Both the position numbers and the translations under genes were made by a program. DNA of 64,000 nucleotides from Turneriella sp. Lineage in GTDB: Bacteria; Spirochaetota; Leptospiria; Turneriellales; Turneriellaceae. Positions within the stretch are counted from its first letter, which is position 1, and each line of letters opens with the position of its first letter. Shown piece after piece: positions 50,702 to 60,173 of this stretch. The stretch spans positions 1,920,001 through 1,984,000 of the forward strand of contig CBDIID010000003.1 of NCBI GenBank assembly GCA_965279515.1, read 5' to 3'. The notes under the pieces are model-generated. The model ran no database searches. It was not told the origin of the DNA and worked only from the letters and a program-made list of their open reading frames with translations.

Positions 50702-51793
50702 TTACCCTGCCTCGTTGTGGTTGTGGTGAGAGTAAAGGCTGAAATTCCATGAAACGCCGAAATTCAGCCTGCCCTCGACTTTCTGCTGCGGCTCGTTCAA
50801 CATCTGCAAAACCGGAAATTCTTTGGAGATAAAACAGCCGAGTTCGAGCGGCAGATTCAAACGCATACCCACAGTCCAGAACGTGATAAGACCCCCACTG
50901 TTAACAATTATCGCGTCATGGTCGCGGGACTTCATCATATAACGCGCGGTTAACTCGGTGAAGGTAAAGAGTTTCGTGCGATCGAGATCAAATGCCCTGA
51001 ACGAAAGCGCGACGCCGCCGTCGATGCGGTCTCCGATTTTATAGGTCTTGTAATAGCCGCGGTAGATATAACTGCCGCTCGCGGTCAGTGTGAAGACATT
51101 CGCAAATTGTTTACTGGCTGCAAGACCCGCCATAAAATCTACGCTCCCACTGCCGGGTGTCGCCGACGGATCGAGAGAAAACTGATCTGTTCCCCCGGCG
51201 CCCGAGACCACATGATAGCTCGGCTGCGGAATGTTGCCGCCCGCAACCTGCGCAGCGGGTAGAGAATTCAAGGCCACCGACTCGCTGGCGCCCGCGAGGT
51301 TGCCGGTGGGTAACTTGACCCCGCCCAACCCCGCGAGGGTCCAGCCTGCGCCGGAGAAAAATTTCACCTTGCCATTCAGCCAGAGGTCGGTGAGACCCGC
51401 GACATTTCCCGCGTCGATGAGCTTGTAGGCAGTATTCGAATCAAGCACGCCCTCGCGTAAGCGGTGCCCGTAATACCACCCGATCGTCGCCGATGCGTCG
51501 AGCCATGAGAGAATGCCATAACCCAAAGTCACGTTCGAGATCGACCCCAGGCCCAGCGTGTCGATATGCGATCCCGCCGTCTTCATCTTCTGTGTCGCGT
51601 CTGAGATCGCCACGTCAGGGTATTCTGCGTACGAAGTAAAACTCTGCATAATGGAGAGCGAGAAATGATGGCGCTCAATCGTATCGGGCATGATCACGCT
51701 GCCGGTGGCCCCCGTCGTTCCGGGCCCATGGTCGGCGTGTACGAAACTTTGCAGCAGGGATAGAAACAAAAAAACGGAGAGAATATTTTTCAT
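50702..51793 (-). CDS. Outer-membrane beta-barrel transporter, paralog 2, with His-rich tail
   Basis: Signal peptide then DHGP; GLTD...KLPTG...PGSGSVD; ends SHHNHNEAG. Confidence 0.75.
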   Translation of the reverse strand: MKNILSVFLFLSLLQSFVHADHGPGTTGATGSVIMPDTIERHHFSLSIMQSFTSYAEYPDVAISDATQKMKTAGSHIDTLGLGSISNVTLGYGILSWLDASATIGWYYGHRLREGVLDSNTAYKLIDAGNVAGLTDLWLNGKVKFFSGAGWTLAGLGGVKLPTGNLAGASESVALNSLPAAQVAGGNIPQPSYHVVSGAGGTDQFSLDPSATPGSGSVDFMAGLAASKQFANVFTLTASGSYIYRGYYKTYKIGDRIDGGVALSFRAFDLDRTKLFTFTELTARYMMKSRDHDAIIVNSGGLITFWTVGMRLNLPLELGCFISKEFPVLQMLNEPQQKVEGRLNFGVSWNFSLYSHHNHNEAG

Positions 51794-51815
51794 ATAATTT
51801 CCTTGAAATAAAACA

Positions 51816-52988
51816 TTATGGATTGTTCGATGACCCCTTCGGCCAGGGGTTCGAGAATTTGGGATTCGTCACAAATTCCGTATCGGTGAGGCTACGCAGA
51901 AATTCTATCAGGTCGCTTTTGTCGCCAGCAGTAAAACTGCCACTAAAGTTCTTTACCAGCGGATTCTTGCGCGTGTTGAGAGCCCCGTCGCCATCGAAAC
52001 CGGCGCCTTTACCGGTTACATTGCGGCCGCCGCGCTTATAATGCTCGATCACATTATCGAGAGTATCGATCGAACCGTCGTGCATATACGGCGCCGTGAG
52101 TTCGATATTTCTGAGCGTCGGTGCCTTAAAGCTGCCGTTATCAGCGACATTGCCCGTCACGAGGTTGAGGCCGCTGTTGCCGCTCGGGAAGACATTGGCG
52201 TTGCCAACGTTATAGATCCCATTGTTCAGAAACTGGATGTCGGCCGCTACCTTGCTGTAATAGTCTTCGGCGCTCGAAAAGGTAATACCCGCATGGCAGT
52301 GAAAACAATCCGCGGTTTCACCAAAAAAGAGGTTCATACCACGCTTTGCCGCTGCGCTCATCGCCGTCTTATCGGTGCCCGTGATATACTTGTCGTATGG
52401 AGATTTGCCGCTGATCAGCGTACGCTGAAAGGCCTCGAGCGCATCGCGTATGTGAGCGACAGAAATCGTCGGGGCATCCTTGGCAAAGGCGGCATTAAAG
52501 AGACCAACGTATTTGTCATCGGCCGCAAGCCGCGTCACGACTGTAGCTTCCATACCCGCAAGCCCCAGCTCGACCGGCGTCGTACCAAAGAGCGGCACAT
52601 TTGCCTGTACATTGAGCCGTGTCTGCAATGAATTCGCCCAGGTCAGCACCGGCTGGTACGCGAGGTTAATCAGCGACATCGAGTTGCGCGGATGCGCCTC
52701 ACCTGTCGAGCCGATGCCCACGGTGAGGCCGTCTGAGAACGCCTTGTTCTGGTGGTGGCAGCCTGCACAGGCCTGCGTCTGGTTACCTGACAGGCGTTTG
52801 TCGTAGAAAAGATGGCGACCCAGATCGACCTTCTCGTTGGTCATCGGGTTATTTTCAAATTCGCGTGGCCGTGGGAAACCGGGGGGGAGATCCCACTTAA
52901 ATGCGCTGGGCTCCTGGATGTATTTGAAATCCAGGTTCTGGCAGCCGACGGCCACGAGGGCCAGAGCGAAACTCAATACCGTACGCAT
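51816..52988 (-). CDS. MbnH-type di-heme enzyme, paralog 2
   Basis: Lipobox, CAGCH, CFHCH and FKAPTLRNIELTAPYMHDG. Confidence 0.88.
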   Translation of the reverse strand: MRTVLSFALALVAVGCQNLDFKYIQEPSAFKWDLPPGFPRPREFENNPMTNEKVDLGRHLFYDKRLSGNQTQACAGCHHQNKAFSDGLTVGIGSTGEAHPRNSMSLINLAYQPVLTWANSLQTRLNVQANVPLFGTTPVELGLAGMEATVVTRLAADDKYVGLFNAAFAKDAPTISVAHIRDALEAFQRTLISGKSPYDKYITGTDKTAMSAAAKRGMNLFFGETADCFHCHAGITFSSAEDYYSKVAADIQFLNNGIYNVGNANVFPSGNSGLNLVTGNVADNGSFKAPTLRNIELTAPYMHDGSIDTLDNVIEHYKRGGRNVTGKGAGFDGDGALNTRKNPLVKNFSGSFTAGDKSDLIEFLRSLTDTEFVTNPKFSNPWPKGSSNNP

Positions 52989-53972
52989 CTATTCTACCCT
53001 GAAGAAGACCTGGCCCGAGGTAGGGTAAACAGTGGGAGATCCCGCACTGCTCGCAGTTAAGCCGCGCGCGGTGGATGACCCCGTATAAGAGAAGTCGACA
53101 CCCCAGTTGTTGAGTACGGCCTTACACTCGGGATCGCTGCGGTCAGAGTGACAGCCCGGCTGCGTGCCCCCGGTATTCGCGATCGAGAAATCCGTGTCTT
53201 TATAGAGCTCTTTCGCGTCGGCGACCACTGTCTGCCCGTAAGTGAAGTTCAATTCTATTGCCGGCCGGTTCGATGTGTCGCAGACAATGTCGGGCGGCGA
53301 CGCGAAGGTATCACAATCGATACTGCCCAAATGCGTGAAAAACGGATTGTACGTGTTTACGTTGAACTCCACGACCGCATGTTTGTAGCCGGTCGTCCAG
53401 CTCCAGAACATATACGTCACGTTGAGCGGCGCATTGGTGTTGCCGACGCCATTCTGATTGAGGTTCTGCGGTACGCCGAGCTTGAAGCGTAGCTTCGTAA
53501 ACGTGAGCGCCTCGCTCGCGGCGATGGTGCCACGCACCGTGGTATTCGTACCGGCATTACCCTGTGCAGCGCACTGCGTACTAGCGGCGGCATTCTCAAA
53601 ATCGAGCAGCGCGAGGTTCTGGTACTGGTAGGCGGCATCTTGAGTGAGGGTGACGGCGACTTCGCTGCCATTGGCCCTCACGAAACGCACGTCGTGCACA
53701 AAGAAGCGGAAATCTTTGGGCACGAGCGTCGCTCCGCCGCCAGCGCCGACACCGGAATAACTGGCCGTCGAACAATCGAAGACCTGCGTCCCGACCTTGG
53801 CAGCAAACTGTATCGTCACATTTTGCTGGGGTACGGAGCTGCCCGAACCCGAGCCCGCCGAAGACCCCGCTTCGGCTTTCTTTTTTTCTTCATCAATCGC
53901 CTGCAATATTTTATTGTCTGCGCATGCACTCAGCGAAAGAAAAAGTGCGGCGAAAAATAGATATATTTTCAT
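52989..53972 (-). CDS. MbnP-family copper-binding lipoprotein, paralog 2
   Basis: LSAC lipobox, DFRFFVHDV, LALLDFE, MFWSWTTGYKH, HLGS..C and CHS...DPEC. Confidence 0.85.
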   Translation of the reverse strand: MKIYLFFAALFLSLSACADNKILQAIDEEKKKAEAGSSAGSGSGSSVPQQNVTIQFAAKVGTQVFDCSTASYSGVGAGGGATLVPKDFRFFVHDVRFVRANGSEVAVTLTQDAAYQYQNLALLDFENAAASTQCAAQGNAGTNTTVRGTIAASEALTFTKLRFKLGVPQNLNQNGVGNTNAPLNVTYMFWSWTTGYKHAVVEFNVNTYNPFFTHLGSIDCDTFASPPDIVCDTSNRPAIELNFTYGQTVVADAKELYKDTDFSIANTGGTQPGCHSDRSDPECKAVLNNWGVDFSYTGSSTARGLTASSAGSPTVYPTSGQVFFRVE

Positions 53973-53980
53973 ATCATCTC

Positions 53981-55030
53981 CTAATCCAATCGGAATTCTT
54001 TTCTTTTCAGAAAATTTTCGTCGGTAAGGGTCAGTAAAAACTCTTTGAGGTCGGCTTTATCCTGCGTCGAAAAATGAAATCCGCCTGCCGGTAGTTTGGC
54101 ATCGAGTGTCGCAGACCGCTGAATACCCGATGAATAATGTTCGATCACGGCCTCAAGCGTCGCAAAACGCCCGTCGTGCATGTAGGGCTTTGTCACGGCA
54201 ATGTTGCGCAATGTGGGAGTGCGGAATTTGCCGATGTCTTCGTTCTTGCGGGTGATACGAAACCGGCCCATGAGCTGACCTTCGTGGTCGGGGGGATATT
54301 TGGTATCGAGACCGTTGTTGTGATAACCATTATCGGTCAACAGCGGGCCGTTATGACACACGGCGCATTTGCCGGTATACAGATTGCGCCCCCGTGCTTG
54401 TGCGTCGTTGAGCATGCCCTCTTGTCTCAGCACACGATCATAGAGCGAATCGAAAGAAACGAGGGTTCGCACGAATTGCGCCAGCGCCTGCAGCATGTTT
54501 GTGATAGACACCTGCTGGTCGGGAAACGCCTTTTCAAATGCGCGGCGGTAAGCACCGTCAGCCCTGAGCTTATCGAGCGAAACGCCGATCGGTTGTCCCA
54601 TTTCATCTGCGTTATGCAATGGTCCAATCAGCTGCGACTCAATATTTTTAGCACCGCCATCCCAGAATAAGCCGTTGTTCGACCAGGCGAGGTTAATGAG
54701 AGCCGGAGAGTTGCGCGTCGCCGGTTTGCCCGACACGCCGCTCTTCGCCAATGCGACGCCATCGCTGAACGCCAGCGATTGATCGTGACAGGTCGCGCAG
54801 CTGACTTTGTCATTGGCAGAAAGCCTTGGCTCATAAAACAGCCTGCGCCCGAGCGCGATAATTTCCTTTCGGAATCTATTGGTATCAGGCTCGGGCAACG
54901 GCCCCAGAAAGCGCAGTGTTTTGGGATGTGCATATTCGTGCACGGCAAGCACCGGATTTTCAGACCGGCAAGCGATCACGAACAGCGCACCCCAAAGCGC
55001 GGCAAGCCGCGCTTTGTTGGTCACGCGCAT
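53981..55030 (-). CDS. Di-heme cytochrome c peroxidase-like protein (MbnH-like), third and divergent copy
   Basis: LGRRLFYE.RLS, CATCH, FWDG, CAVCH and FRTPTLRN...PYMHDGR. Confidence 0.88.
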   Translation of the reverse strand: MRVTNKARLAALWGALFVIACRSENPVLAVHEYAHPKTLRFLGPLPEPDTNRFRKEIIALGRRLFYEPRLSANDKVSCATCHDQSLAFSDGVALAKSGVSGKPATRNSPALINLAWSNNGLFWDGGAKNIESQLIGPLHNADEMGQPIGVSLDKLRADGAYRRAFEKAFPDQQVSITNMLQALAQFVRTLVSFDSLYDRVLRQEGMLNDAQARGRNLYTGKCAVCHNGPLLTDNGYHNNGLDTKYPPDHEGQLMGRFRITRKNEDIGKFRTPTLRNIAVTKPYMHDGRFATLEAVIEHYSSGIQRSATLDAKLPAGGFHFSTQDKADLKEFLLTLTDENFLKRKEFRLD

Positions 55031-55032
55031 GA

Positions 55033-56634
55033 TTACGGTACGCTGGCCGAGGTTACCGAGAACACGTTGTTCTGGTAAGCGTTAGCCAAATTACCCATGA
55101 GCGCCGAATTGGTCGATGCATTGATGTACTTAGGCGACCCGGAAACTGTCGAGGTATTCACACCCGCACCACCATTAACCTGGAACAGTTTCGCCACGTT
55201 TGCCCGAACGTTAATCACCGCATTCTTGCCTTTGGTTAGCGTTATGCTCGCAGGAAAAGTTAAGGCTGTCAGGCTGCGATAATTTGCGTTTGCGCCGATA
55301 TCGAAGCCAAAATTGACAGAACCGCAACTCACGCACTGCCCGGTAATTTGTGAAAACAGGTAACTACTATTCCACATCCAGGTATACGTTGCCATATCAC
55401 GGTGAATATGCAGCTCTCCTGCTTGCAGGCTTAGGTTGTTGTTATAGGTCGAGTCTACACCAACCGAAAACTGGATGGCTGTGTAAGTCCCTGATGGCAC
55501 ATCGGCAATCGAAATTTGCTCACGGTTGGCCGCCGCAATCGTCATACCGCTATTGATGTTGCCTGGGCTAATCGCACTGTTTGTTGTCATCAGATAGTAA
55601 CTACCCGGCACGGAGTATTGCGTTGTGTCCGCTTTGGTAAGTTTAACGTTGCTTATCCAATAGCGAAAACGCGTAAAACGCAACGTGTTACTGTGATCAT
55701 CGGTATACGTCGTATTCAGCGCAAAGGTGGTGCCGTTAAAATCCTTGGCGACGTTAATTGTCGCAGTGCCGACATCGGCTTCAGAAACCGCCGTGGTAGT
55801 GGCGCTTACAAGGCTTACCGCAGAAGCAAAGTTTGCGGCTACGGTACTCATCTGGCCGGCATTATTGAAGCCGTTGATAGCACGCTTTGTAACACCCGTA
55901 TCGACGCTAACTGTGCCAATATCGATACCCGCGAACAATTTTTCTACGTCAATCTTTGCGACAATCGTTGGGGCAGAGGTCGCACTGACAGTGATATTCG
56001 TGGGAAAGCTCAGTGTTTTAGTCTGATAATTTGCATTCGTACCAAATTCGAGCGCAAAAGCCTGCTGCCCTGAGCAGCTTGTGCAGGTTCCCGAAGTTTT
56101 GCCAAAAATGTAGCTGGTAACCCACGACCACTCGATGTTGCCCATATGAGAAAAGAGGTGAAGTTCCCCTGTTCTCAAGCTCAGATCGTTATTATACGTT
56201 GAATCGACGCCTACGCTGAATTTAATCCCTTTATAGCTTCCGACAGGGACTTTTTTCAGGGTCACATTTTCCCTATTTCCCGCCGCCAGATTAAAGTTAG
56301 GCACGCGTTCGCCAGTCGTATCGCCCGTGACAGCATTATTCTGCGAAAGCAGGTAATACGCGTCCGGCACCGCAACTTCGGAATTGTCGTCCTTGATGAA
56401 TTTAACGTTCGATACCCAATAACGAACCTCGTTGATGGTGATTGTGTTTCCCGCTGCTGTCGTATACGATGTGCCGAGAGCAAAAGCCGCCCCATTGAAA
56501 TACTTCGGCATTTGCAGCGAAACCTCGCCCGTTTCGCTGGCAGATGCAGCGGTGGTACCAGATTCCTCTGAATTTTTTGCGCAGGCACCCAATAGCGCGC
56601 TGCAAAGTAAGATAAGATAAAATTTCGATTTCAT
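55033..56634 (-). CDS. Lipoprotein with two tandem MbnP-like domains
   Basis: GGAGG RBS, LGAC lipobox; internal duplication with RYW(V/I)SNVK, YYL, FSVGVDSTYN, WxW and CxxC in each half. Confidence 0.8.
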   Translation of the reverse strand: MKSKFYLILLCSALLGACAKNSEESGTTAASASETGEVSLQMPKYFNGAAFALGTSYTTAAGNTITINEVRYWVSNVKFIKDDNSEVAVPDAYYLLSQNNAVTGDTTGERVPNFNLAAGNRENVTLKKVPVGSYKGIKFSVGVDSTYNNDLSLRTGELHLFSHMGNIEWSWVTSYIFGKTSGTCTSCSGQQAFALEFGTNANYQTKTLSFPTNITVSATSAPTIVAKIDVEKLFAGIDIGTVSVDTGVTKRAINGFNNAGQMSTVAANFASAVSLVSATTTAVSEADVGTATINVAKDFNGTTFALNTTYTDDHSNTLRFTRFRYWISNVKLTKADTTQYSVPGSYYLMTTNSAISPGNINSGMTIAAANREQISIADVPSGTYTAIQFSVGVDSTYNNNLSLQAGELHIHRDMATYTWMWNSSYLFSQITGQCVSCGSVNFGFDIGANANYRSLTALTFPASITLTKGKNAVINVRANVAKLFQVNGGAGVNTSTVSGSPKYINASTNSALMGNLANAYQNNVFSVTSASVP

Positions 56635-56744
56635 ATTTCCTCCAAATTCCAAAATCTGCCGTAAACTTACGGCGCGCACACGGCTCGCCTTAGCTGACCG
56701 CGCGCAAATAGCCTGAGATTTTGCTCAGGGTATGTTATGTGAAT

Positions 56745-57137
56745 TTAGAGCGCCCGGGGGGGCGGAGTTTCAATGTCGGCGAGATAGGATTTATAGAGAG
56801 GAGAACTGATTTGAATTAGCGAAATACGATACTGCACCGCGGTTAATGCCACTTCATTGCCCGTGAACACCCAGCGCGCGAAAGCTGGCAGCACAGAATC
56901 TTCGGCCTCATCGGCGCAAATACGGTCAGATTTCAGAATTTTCGCTTTTGCCATTGCTTTTTTTAACTTACTGCAACCGCAGGGGCAAGCTTTGTGCTTT
57001 TCAATTTTTTGTTTGGTATGAACGCAGAGATAATATTTGGGTTGCTGCGCGTGGATTACCTCAAAGGCACCGCTGATTTGCGCGAAAAACAACACCAAAC
57101 CGAAGCCGTGAAGAACTTTGTAGCGCTTTAGCCCCAC
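56745..57137 (-). CDS. Cys-rich PPPR-ending leader protein B (candidate stalling uORF)
   Basis: Closely similar to leader A in protein and DNA; ends DIETPPPRAL. GTG start at 57137 inferred by alignment. Confidence 0.8.
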   Translation of the reverse strand: MGLKRYKVLHGFGLVLFFAQISGAFEVIHAQQPKYYLCVHTKQKIEKHKACPCGCSKLKKAMAKAKILKSDRICADEAEDSVLPAFARWVFTGNEVALTAVQYRISLIQISSPLYKSYLADIETPPPRAL

Positions 57138-57197
57138 AGCTGAAACCCCGCCCAAACAAGTGCCCGGTCAACCATTTTTCAAGATGAGTCGCGAGTC

Positions 57198-57234
57198 AAA
57201 AAATCCGGACACATTGTTTGCACAATGTGTCCGG
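57198..57234 (-). terminator. Rho-independent terminator after the cytochrome pair
   Basis: Perfect 13-bp stem CCGGACACATTGT-TTGC-ACAATGTGTCCGG followed on the minus strand by ATTTTTT. Confidence 0.8.
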
Positions 57235-57258
57235 TAGTGTTAGCAGTTGAAACGAGAT

Positions 57259-58605
57259 TTATTTCACAGAGAGAATGTAAGCCGCAAGCGCCTCGAAATC
57301 CTTCGCCTGCAACTGGTCTTCGAAACCCGGCATCTGTGGATAGCCTGGCCTTTTTTTGCCCGGCTTGCGTATCCACTGCATGAGTTGGGCTTCTTTACCC
57401 TTGTAAATCGAGACCATTTCGACCACGGGTGGGCCCACGAGCTTGGTCTTGATCTGGTGGCAGCCGACGCAATAGTTGTCGAAAAGCTTTTGCCCCTCGC
57501 CCACGAGAGGATTCTCTTTCGCCGGCCCGGCCTCGGGTTTCTTCTGCGCCGCGACTGCCGCATTAGCCTCGGCCACAAGCTTCTCGTATTCAGCCGTGCG
57601 TTCGGCGACGAGTTTCTTGTGTGGCCCCAAAGCGGTCTCGCGAATCACATGACGCCCCGACACCATGAGGATAACCACGATAGTCAGCGCAATCACGATC
57701 TTCGAAAAACGGCTGCCGATGGCCTCGGCAGGGCCAGAAACCGACTTCCACATCCAGACGAGCGTGAGAATGCCGACGACGACGGCAGGCGCCAGAATGG
57801 CGAGCAACGCCCAACTGATTGCCTTAGAAGGCAAGGTCAAGAGCACCAGCGGTCCCGCGACAAACTGCAGCAGCGTCGCCATGAAGGCGAGCGAGAGCAT
57901 GCGCTTGCGAATCTCATAGCGCGACAGATTGACAAACTTCTCTGCGTGCGGATATCCCTCGCGGCCAAAATACCAGAACAGAAAAAGTCCGGTCACTGTC
58001 AGCGAGGCTAACACGAAGTGAAAATAACGCGGGAAAACATTCGGCAATGCAAGCGCCGAGAAGAATCCCGAGACACTGCCCCATTTTTCCGGGTAGAGCA
58101 TCAGGTTGATGTTCGTCAGAAAAATCAACGGTATCGTCAGAAAGATCGCCGATGCAGCGCCGATCATCGCGATATGCAGCCCCTTGTTATCCTTGAGGAT
58201 ATCCCACAGATACTTGTGCGGGTACGTGAGTAAAAAACCCACCGTCACGAGCGGCACAATCGCAATCCAAAAGAGTCCCGTCAGCGCATTCGCCGAATAA
58301 AAATACACCGTGTAGAGCGTATTGATGAGCAACAGCGGAGCTACCCCCATCACGACGGCGAGACTCTTGTTGACGGTGATCGTCTTGGCAATCTCATGCG
58401 CAAGCTGGTCATAGTCTTTCTCTTTAAGACCCTTGAGCTGTGCGAAAAATGTCAACAGTGTTCCGCCCAGCATCAGGTTCACGAAAAGAATATGCACCAG
58501 AAACGAGAAGACCAACAGACCGACTGCGAGCCACTCGGGTAGCGGCAAGGGTAGCGGAATGTCTTTTGGCACCGGCACCGCGGCGAGAAATAGCGCGAAA
58601 TTCAT
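57259..58605 (-). CDS. Multi-TM membrane protein with C-terminal c-type cytochrome (cytochrome bd-related partner subunit)
   Basis: About 9 TMs, HILFVN and RYFHF; C-terminal CVGCH...MP heme c domain; coupled to the upstream gene. Confidence 0.75.
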   Translation of the reverse strand: MNFALFLAAVPVPKDIPLPLPLPEWLAVGLLVFSFLVHILFVNLMLGGTLLTFFAQLKGLKEKDYDQLAHEIAKTITVNKSLAVVMGVAPLLLINTLYTVYFYSANALTGLFWIAIVPLVTVGFLLTYPHKYLWDILKDNKGLHIAMIGAASAIFLTIPLIFLTNINLMLYPEKWGSVSGFFSALALPNVFPRYFHFVLASLTVTGLFLFWYFGREGYPHAEKFVNLSRYEIRKRMLSLAFMATLLQFVAGPLVLLTLPSKAISWALLAILAPAVVVGILTLVWMWKSVSGPAEAIGSRFSKIVIALTIVVILMVSGRHVIRETALGPHKKLVAERTAEYEKLVAEANAAVAAQKKPEAGPAKENPLVGEGQKLFDNYCVGCHQIKTKLVGPPVVEMVSIYKGKEAQLMQWIRKPGKKRPGYPQMPGFEDQLQAKDFEALAAYILSVK

Positions 58606-60002
58606 TTGCGCACCTCTGCCTCTGGCAGCCGCACACCGACTTCCTGTGCACCCTCGGCATTATCGGGATATTTTGCTGCGGCGAGAATGTAACTCGCGAG
58701 CGCACCCAACTCGGCCTCATTGCCAGGAAAAGGCGGCATGAAGTAGCGCGACTTATGCATGTTGCGCATATAGCCGACCATGGCATCTGCATTGAAATTA
58801 TCTTTACCCAAAAGGTTCTCAAACTTTTTCACCACAGAGTTGATGCCGCCCGAAGTGTGGCAGCGGCTGCATGCAAGCATAAAGATGTCTTTGCCCGATT
58901 CTACAGCATTTGCAGATGTAACCTCGCGGTACTTCACATAGGTCGCATGCTTCAAGATGCCGTCACGGTTTAAGAGCGCCATCTCTTTCGGCCGCACCAT
59001 GTTCGAATACATGTAATCGGCGATCACATAGGGTTTGCGAATGAATTCACGCGTACGCTCGAAGGTGACCATCAGCGTAATCGCCAGCCCTATCGGTAAC
59101 ACAAGAGCCAAGGCCGGTATACGCCAGCGGCCAATGATGCCCAGCACAGCGACAAAACCGATGACGCCTGCGGCGACTGCCATGATAACGAGCAGATTGT
59201 CATACCATGACGAGAACTCCATCGTGCCGATCGCGACCGACATGTTCTGCCGCATCATATCGGGTATGACCCAATAATAATAGATCGAACCGATGATGAG
59301 AAATGGCGTCCACGCGAGTACCCACGAACCCGTAAGACGTACGGCAGATCGTCTGAGCGCGTCATTATTCCGCACAAAAAACGGAATCAGGGCAAAAACG
59401 ACAGATCCGCCCATGACCATCGCGAGCGGAGTACGAAACGCCAGCTGCGCAGGGTAAACGGGATTCAGAAACCCCTTAATCAGCGACTGGTCGGTACGCC
59501 AGCTGCCCGGGTCCATCATGAAACTCAATATCGCGACAATGATCGCCATGGTGACCCAAGAGGCGATCGAAAGCGCGATGCCGAAGCGAATGTGTTTCCA
59601 TTTTTTCTCTGGTGAAGCATTTGATCTGCGCCAGCTGAGAAAATAAATCAGAATGAGGATGACTTCGGTGACGAAGACAATCCACTCCACGAACCAGGCG
59701 GCGAAAAAGACCCGTATCAGGCTGCCAATCGATGCAGGGCTGACAAGGCTCGCCGAGAGCCAGATGCCGACGCCGGTCATGGCGCCGAGCGATGTGGTGA
59801 TGATGAATGCGAAGAACATGACCTTGCGGGCCAGTTCATCCCATTCTTTGCTGTTATTCTTGTACCCGACGTATTCGAGATACGTCACATACGGTATGAG
59901 GCCCACCGCCAAAGCGTGGTTAATCACCACGTGCAGAATCGCAATGATCGCGATTAAAATGCGGTTGCCCATAAAATCCAAATGAAATATGGGAAAGTCC
60001 AT
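58602..60002 (-). CDS. Cytochrome bd subunit I-like membrane protein fused to cytochrome c
   Basis: ILHVVINH, GAMTGVGIW, WFVEW.VFVTE, ILSFMMDPGSW and RE.IRKPY resemble CydA TM motifs; C-terminal CSRCH...MPPF; no evident Q-loop. Confidence 0.72.
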   Translation of the reverse strand: MDFPIFHLDFMGNRILIAIIAILHVVINHALAVGLIPYVTYLEYVGYKNNSKEWDELARKVMFFAFIITTSLGAMTGVGIWLSASLVSPASIGSLIRVFFAAWFVEWIVFVTEVILILIYFLSWRRSNASPEKKWKHIRFGIALSIASWVTMAIIVAILSFMMDPGSWRTDQSLIKGFLNPVYPAQLAFRTPLAMVMGGSVVFALIPFFVRNNDALRRSAVRLTGSWVLAWTPFLIIGSIYYYWVIPDMMRQNMSVAIGTMEFSSWYDNLLVIMAVAAGVIGFVAVLGIIGRWRIPALALVLPIGLAITLMVTFERTREFIRKPYVIADYMYSNMVRPKEMALLNRDGILKHATYVKYREVTSANAVESGKDIFMLACSRCHTSGGINSVVKKFENLLGKDNFNADAMVGYMRNMHKSRYFMPPFPGNEAELGALASYILAAAKYPDNAEGAQEVGVRLPEAEVRK

Positions 60003-60173
60003 AGTTTGAACTCCTTATAGTTAATAATGTATAGGTTAAGCCGCGCGCAATAATCGGTGTTTATATGCTGCGCCATCAGGTACAGCGACGTCACCGGCGC
60101 GAATCACGGCAGTGAGAGGGCATACCTGTGGCTGCGTGCGATTCAGGCTGATTCAATGCGCGGCAGGCGGCGC

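Noticed and set aside
46166..57137. Methanobactin biosynthetic cluster, with the Cys-rich small ORFs as RiPP precursors
   Set aside because: No MbnB/MbnC-like or other RiPP maturase is visible, and the small ORFs are ~120-135 aa with export signals, unlike short MbnA peptides. Modification by enzymes encoded elsewhere is not excluded.
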